NCBI GenBank assembly: GCA_048885925.1
Contig: JBHLLG010000090.1
Location: 1 to 11,805, forward strand
From: Candidatus Hermodarchaeota archaeon
GTDB taxonomy: Archaea > Asgardarchaeota > Lokiarchaeia > Sigyniarchaeales > SOKP01
Direction of reading: 5' to 3'
Length of the DNA: 11,805 bases
Shown here: one piece after another, positions 7,180 to 11,805 of the stretch
How positions within the stretch are numbered: the stretch's first letter is position 1
Layout: each line of letters begins with the position of its first letter
Program-made: the position numbers and the translations under genes
The notes under the pieces: model-generated
Told to the model about the DNA's origin: nothing
Database searches by the model: none
What the model saw: the letters and a program-made list of their open reading frames with translations, nothing else

Positions 7180-7462
7180 TTTCTTTTTTTGTTTAGATGA
7201 TTATTTCTTAATTTTATTTAGTTCAATATTAAACTTAAAATATAGCTCTAAAATTTATTAAAATTTTACAACAATTATTTTTAGAATTAATGAATTTAAA
7301 AGGTTTTTTTAATGATTAATTAATTACTCTTAAAACGGTAATTAATACGCGAAAGAATCAATTTTAAGAAATTTAAATGGATCAAAGCCAAATAAAGTGT
7401 TGATTTGGGAGGTGTGTGGATAACTTATTATCTTTTTTTATTCTTTTTATTTTTTAAAAAAA

Positions 7463-9103
7463 TTAAGTGTCTATTAAGTATAAAGGCCATTTTTTCAAAA
7501 TTCCTTTAGGGTTTTTACCACTTCTGACTTTTTCTAAAACATCTGAACGAGTTTCTAAAAAATTTACGGGATTTTCATTAATTAACCGGATATTAATTTG
7601 ATTATTTATAATAGCTTCTTTAAAATTATCATTTTTAATGCAATTGAGCAATATTCGATAATAATTTTTCAAATTTGAACAATTTTTCTTATCATTTGAG
7701 TAAAGAAACAAAGTGAATTGTTTATCTTTAACTTGATTATTTCGAAGTAATAGCAATGAATCAATTTCTAATTCGCATTTTTGCTTTATACAATTTAATA
7801 GAAATCGTGGTTCATAAATTTCGTAATTATTAAAATTAAAATAATCACCAGCATAGACATTATAATTAGGGGATATTAATATTTCTTTAGAAAGTTTGAT
7901 AGGATATCTTAATAGAAAATTAGATCGTAAAATTTTGCCATCTATTTGGGGAAGACCTTCATTTTTTTTGATTGAAATAATATCACCTATATCAATATTT
8001 ATTAAAGCTTTAGAACCATGGATTCGTGAAACATAGAGTTTTCCAATTTTACTTGTTGTTCTAGAAATTAATTCTTTTTTTCCTTTGTATTCTATCACAG
8101 GAATAGTTAAAGGAAAGATGTACATTTGATTTAAACGTGAAATTTCAAAATCTGCTTTATTTATACTTGCAGCAAAGGGTCCAATTTCTGAGGCTACATA
8201 AAGATTTGTAAATCTCTCTTTCCCTTTCTCCCATTTCATAAATTTACGAATTAATTCCCAATCTGAATTTGATAAAGAACTGATACTAAAGACTAATGTG
8301 CTTTTAGCTAGTTTTTCAGACAATCTTTTTTGAATTCCTTTTGAAACATATTCTATTCCTTTTTTATTAATTTCTGATAAAAGGGATTCTAAAACGGGAT
8401 TATGATTTGAATTAATTGAATTCATTGATTTTTTTATTCCACTTTGAAGCCTGTTAATATCTGCCCATCCTAAAATTGTAGTTGCGGGAGCAGAAATAAC
8501 GGAAATCTTTTCCATTGAAAGAATTTTTGACAAAATCTCTAAATTCTTTGAATTTTTATACTCATAAAATAAATAAGACCTAGGTTTAGTAATAGATAAC
8601 ATGATTCTTTGGGAAAATTCCGAGGAATACAGTGAGATGTATTCTTGTTCTTTATATGTTTGAATTCCATCCAACTTTAATCTAGAAGGGACAAAAATTA
8701 CGGCAGATGAATTTGAATTTAAACCACTAGATTCAAAAATAGCTTGCATGCCAGGTGCCCATTGCCTTTTAATAATATCTTTTGTCATTAGGAACCACTT
8801 TAACATCGCTATATTACTATTAGTTGTACCTGATGTATGGCAGAAAACGAATGAATTAGAATCTTGATTTTTTTCCAAAAAATCAAATAAATCTATTGAG
8901 AAGCTTCTTGAATCAGTTGTTTCAATCTTTATCCTATCCATGATATTCTCAATAGAGGATAGTTCTGAAAGTCTTAAAGCTAATTCTTCATATTCTTTGT
9001 TAGAACTTACTTCAAGCCAATCATACCAATTTATCTTTTTAATATCCGAAAAGGATTTATCGAATTCATCTTGAACTTTTCTATCAAAATCAAATGTCTC
9101 CAA
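7463..9103 (-). CDS. Divergent ANL-superfamily adenylate-forming enzyme, GH3 / PaaK / LuxE-like acyl ligase
   Basis: P-loop-like HTSGTT(x7)K, LYVASEIG (GH3-type YxASE) and IDIGDII (xGD) appear in the expected order in 546 aa. TTG start with AGGAGG SD at 9114..9109. Confidence 0.65.
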   Translation of the reverse strand: METFDFDRKVQDEFDKSFSDIKKINWYDWLEVSSNKEYEELALRLSELSSIENIMDRIKIETTDSRSFSIDLFDFLEKNQDSNSFVFCHTSGTTNSNIAMLKWFLMTKDIIKRQWAPGMQAIFESSGLNSNSSAVIFVPSRLKLDGIQTYKEQEYISLYSSEFSQRIMLSITKPRSYLFYEYKNSKNLEILSKILSMEKISVISAPATTILGWADINRLQSGIKKSMNSINSNHNPVLESLLSEINKKGIEYVSKGIQKRLSEKLAKSTLVFSISSLSNSDWELIRKFMKWEKGKERFTNLYVASEIGPFAASINKADFEISRLNQMYIFPLTIPVIEYKGKKELISRTTSKIGKLYVSRIHGSKALINIDIGDIISIKKNEGLPQIDGKILRSNFLLRYPIKLSKEILISPNYNVYAGDYFNFNNYEIYEPRFLLNCIKQKCELEIDSLLLLRNNQVKDKQFTLFLYSNDKKNCSNLKNYYRILLNCIKNDNFKEAIINNQINIRLINENPVNFLETRSDVLEKVRSGKNPKGILKKWPLYLIDT

Positions 9104-9108
9104 AATAG

Positions 9109-9114
9109 CCTCCT
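9109..9114 (-). promoter_or_regulatory. Shine-Dalgarno AGGAGG for the TTG start at 9103
   Basis: Minus strand reads ttAGGAGGctattTTG. Confidence 0.7.
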
Positions 9115-9241
9115 AAGATACAATTTTTGTTATAAATAAAATTCCAATTTTAAAGATAATTATTAGCATAATCTAATAGAATATATAAAGAAAAAAAGAA
9201 TTAAATTATTTTTACAAATAAATTATTTATTTCAAAGAATT

Positions 9242-9772
9242 TTAGATAATACCATAAAGTCCGCTTTCAGAATCTTGGAAAATTGGTAAATGTGGCGGTA
9301 AATAGGTAAATAATATTAATGCTAATCCTAACCCTATAATAATTATCCATGAAACAATGCTTATCCATTGTTTAAGTTCATTTGATGAAATAATTTTATA
9401 ACTAACTAATTGGCCGATAATCACTCCAATAAAAAAGCTCAAAATGTCTATAATAAGAATTTCAGTACCAAGAATTGCTGTATATGAATAAAAAATAATT
9501 AATATAGTACCAATACTTATTAATGCCGCAACAGTCTTTCCAATGATAAAATTTTTTGTATCCTCTTTTATATAATTATATTCAATTAAAGAAAAGATTA
9601 TCAATGGCCAGTATGGAAGTTTTAAATGCTCCCAAACACTTTCATTAACTGCAGTAATCGCACCAATTGGAGGCCAAGAATATAACCATTCAAATAAGAA
9701 ATGGAATAATGTTCCAACGATAATTATAAATACAATACCTATTATTTCCCATTGTAATATTTTATTCTTCAT
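9242..9772 (-). CDS. DUF6512-like integral membrane protein
   Basis: About five hydrophobic helices with GTLFHFLFEW, VNESVWEHLKL, FYSYT and TYLPPHLPIFQD motifs (family recognised from memory). GGTGA SD at 9781..9777. Confidence 0.65.
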   Translation of the reverse strand: MKNKILQWEIIGIVFIIIVGTLFHFLFEWLYSWPPIGAITAVNESVWEHLKLPYWPLIIFSLIEYNYIKEDTKNFIIGKTVAALISIGTILIIFYSYTAILGTEILIIDILSFFIGVIIGQLVSYKIISSNELKQWISIVSWIIIIGLGLALILFTYLPPHLPIFQDSESGLYGII

Positions 9773-10020
9773 TTTTTCACCATAAATAAAGTAATTTAAC
9801 TTATTTCTATTAGAATTAAGAAAAGAAAGTAAAAATCTTGAATTCTGAAGTTATAAACGGAATATCCTACAAAATTATTTTGCTTAGTATCTATAAAGAA
9901 TTTCAATATCTTAGTTAATTTCAATTTGATCTTATATAAATTATTTTATAATTTCTAATTATAAATATCTATTTCATAAAATCTATAAATATCAAATAAA
10001 TAAAGAAAATGATCACTAAT

Positions 10021-10986
10021 TTATGGAGTCAATTTATGCAATCCTTGAGAAAATATTTTCTCCTTATACCAAGTTATCTGCATTCGAAGTGTCTCTTCTA
10101 AACTAGTTTTTGGTTCATAACCCAAAATCTTTTGTGCTTTGTTGATATTAGCTCGTGTGTGTAATTGATCTCCTGGACGTTTGGATATTATATTGAAATT
10201 AGCTTTTTTCCCCATAATCTTTTCAACAATAGTAATACCTTCTTTAGTGGTAATTTCTTTATCAGAACCAATATTGAATATTTCACCAATAGCTTTATTG
10301 GGTTGTTTTAAAACTAACAAAAAGCCATCTATAATATCTGAAATGGCTGTATAGCTACGAGAATGGTTTAAACTGTCTTCAAATAATGGAAATGGTTCAT
10401 CTATAAGAATGGAACGAATTAATTTTGTATATAATTTTTCTGGACGTTCACGAGGACCAAGAACTGAAAAGATCCGTAGGGAACAAGCAGGGAAACCATT
10501 TTCTCTATGGTACGCTAACACTAACTGTTCAGCAGCTAATTTAGTAACACCATAATATGAAGTAGGTTTGGGTGCTATATCTTCAGAATCATAAGCAAAT
10601 TTACCATAAATAGAAGATGTAGCAACATTAATAAAACATTTTAAATTTGGCAGATTTTTTACGGCTTCCAGTAAATTATGAGTAGCATTTATATTGTTGC
10701 GAATATAATGTTCATAGGGAGTTTTAGTGGAAATGCCAGGTTGAGCAGCTAGATGAAATATAAATTCAACATCTTCAACTATAGTTGATAAGTTATCAAT
10801 AGCTAAATCTTTTTCAAATATTTGTACACCTTTAGCACTGATTTCTTCTGCATTGAGACGTTTCAATTCGGGAGGGTAATAAGGATCGAAATTATCAATC
10901 CCAATAACTCTGTATCCCATCTCAGATAATTTTTCAGATAAATGGGAGCCTATGAATCCGGCTGCACCAGTAACAAGAATTTTCAT
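10021..10986 (-). CDS. NAD-dependent NDP-sugar epimerase/dehydratase (extended SDR, UDP-glucuronate 4-epimerase-like)
   Basis: ILVTGAAGFIG Rossmann motif, GIDNFDPYY, HLAAQPG, TSSIYG, catalytic YGVTK, GPRERPE, FNIGS and RPGD. Confidence 0.92.
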   Translation of the reverse strand: MKILVTGAAGFIGSHLSEKLSEMGYRVIGIDNFDPYYPPELKRLNAEEISAKGVQIFEKDLAIDNLSTIVEDVEFIFHLAAQPGISTKTPYEHYIRNNINATHNLLEAVKNLPNLKCFINVATSSIYGKFAYDSEDIAPKPTSYYGVTKLAAEQLVLAYHRENGFPACSLRIFSVLGPRERPEKLYTKLIRSILIDEPFPLFEDSLNHSRSYTAISDIIDGFLLVLKQPNKAIGEIFNIGSDKEITTKEGITIVEKIMGKKANFNIISKRPGDQLHTRANINKAQKILGYEPKTSLEETLRMQITWYKEKIFSQGLHKLTP

Positions 10987-11164
10987 AATACATTCTCTAA
11001 TAATATAAATTGCATTTAAGATCTTATTTTTAATAATACAATGAAAGTCAAAAAGATAATTGTATATAATTCCTAATCAAAAATTATTATTTTTCAGAAA
11101 ATATTTATAATTGTTTTCTCCTTGAATTAATGAACTACTATATTATTTTCATGTAAATCTTACT

Positions 11165-11805
11165 ATGAAAGCAGCTGTTTTTGATGGAAAAGAAATATCA
11201 ATAAAGGTAGTATCTAAACCAAAAATAAAAGATTCACAAGTTTTGGTCCATGTTAAAGCAGCAGGAATATGTGGAACGGACATAGCAATTGTGAAGGGAG
11301 ATTTACCTGTACCTACTCCAATTATCCCGGGTCATGAATTTGTTGGAGATGTCGTAGAAGTTGGAAAAAGTGTAGATAAATCATGGTTAAATAAAAGAAT
11401 CACATCAGAAATTAATAGCAATATCGATTTTAATTGCTATTTTTGCAAGCAAGGATTATATACACAATGCATCTCTCGTAAAGCAATTGGTATTGATATT
11501 GATGGCGCTTTTGCTGAATATATCGCATTAGATTCATATTTACTTCATGAAATCCCTGATCCAATTCCATATGAGGAAGCTACATTTATTGAACCCCTCG
11601 CTGCAGCTTATCAAACGTTTGAGATGATGCCATTTGATCAAAATGATAAAATAATGGCAATATTTGGTCTTGGAAAATTAGGATTATTAATTACTCAAGT
11701 AGCTTTAATGAAAGGATTACAATTGATTGTTATAGATGGTTCAGATCATAAATTAAATTTAGCAAAAAAATATGGTGCTTCTTATCTAATTAATAGATTA
11801 AAATT
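11165..11805 (+). CDS. Zn-dependent medium-chain dehydrogenase (threonine/sorbitol-DH-like), 3'-truncated by the window edge; absent from the ORF track
   Basis: ATG 11165 gives MKAAVFDGK...AGICGTDI...PGHEFVG...DFNCYFCKQGLYTQC...DGAFAEY...IEPLAAA...IFGLGKLG. The frame stays open to the end of the window. Confidence 0.92.
   Translation, partial: MKAAVFDGKEISIKVVSKPKIKDSQVLVHVKAAGICGTDIAIVKGDLPVPTPIIPGHEFVGDVVEVGKSVDKSWLNKRITSEINSNIDFNCYFCKQGLYTQCISRKAIGIDIDGAFAEYIALDSYLLHEIPDPIPYEEATFIEPLAAAYQTFEMMPFDQNDKIMAIFGLGKLGLLITQVALMKGLQLIVIDGSDHKLNLAKKYGASYLINRLK

Noticed and set aside
7415-7423. Perfect DnaA box (TGTGGATAA), plus a one-mismatch copy at 5742-5750
   Set aside because: These are isolated boxes with no cluster and no replication genes nearby, and the host looks archaeal, so there is no support for an oriC.
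7377-7457. Tiny plus-strand frame MDQSQIKC-[TGA]-FGRCVDNLLSFFILFIF, a possible seleno-peptide
   Set aside because: Only 26 codons, with no SD before the ATG and no SECIS-like element. The hydrophobic tail derives from poly-T tracts, so it is most likely chance.
1-11805. CRISPR arrays, tRNA/rRNA genes, transposases or integrases
   Set aside because: I saw no regularly spaced repeats, GC-rich structured RNA blocks or recombinase motifs; the intergenic regions are short and AT-rich.

Overview
Very AT-rich prokaryotic window. It looks archaeal, and most like Asgard/Lokiarchaeia, but this is an inference from gene content and style only. The plus-strand block holds a truncated DUF1295 membrane protein, three tandem paralogous '2-TM + left-handed beta-helix' genes, a nitrilase-family C-N hydrolase, UV endonuclease UvsE and a PNPOx-like flavin-binding protein. 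A minus-strand block converges on it: an NDP-sugar epimerase, a DUF6512-like membrane protein, a GH3/ANL-like adenylating enzyme, a heliorhodopsin and a peroxiredoxin-like gene. A Zn-dependent MDR dehydrogenase runs off the right edge. Highlights: (1) the three LbH membrane paralogues look like the three-repeat C-terminal module of poly-lysine-synthetase (Pls/PosA)-type NRPSs split into three genes, and only one keeps the putative catalytic His; (2) the 92-aa ORF at 5810..6088 is the 3' part of a 157-aa peroxiredoxin-like protein with an in-frame TGA in a U-P-F-C motif (probable selenoprotein), with an AUGA/GA hairpin in its 3' UTR; (3) this gene lies 80 nt downstream of a heliorhodopsin and close to uvsE, suggesting a light/oxidative-stress neighbourhood.
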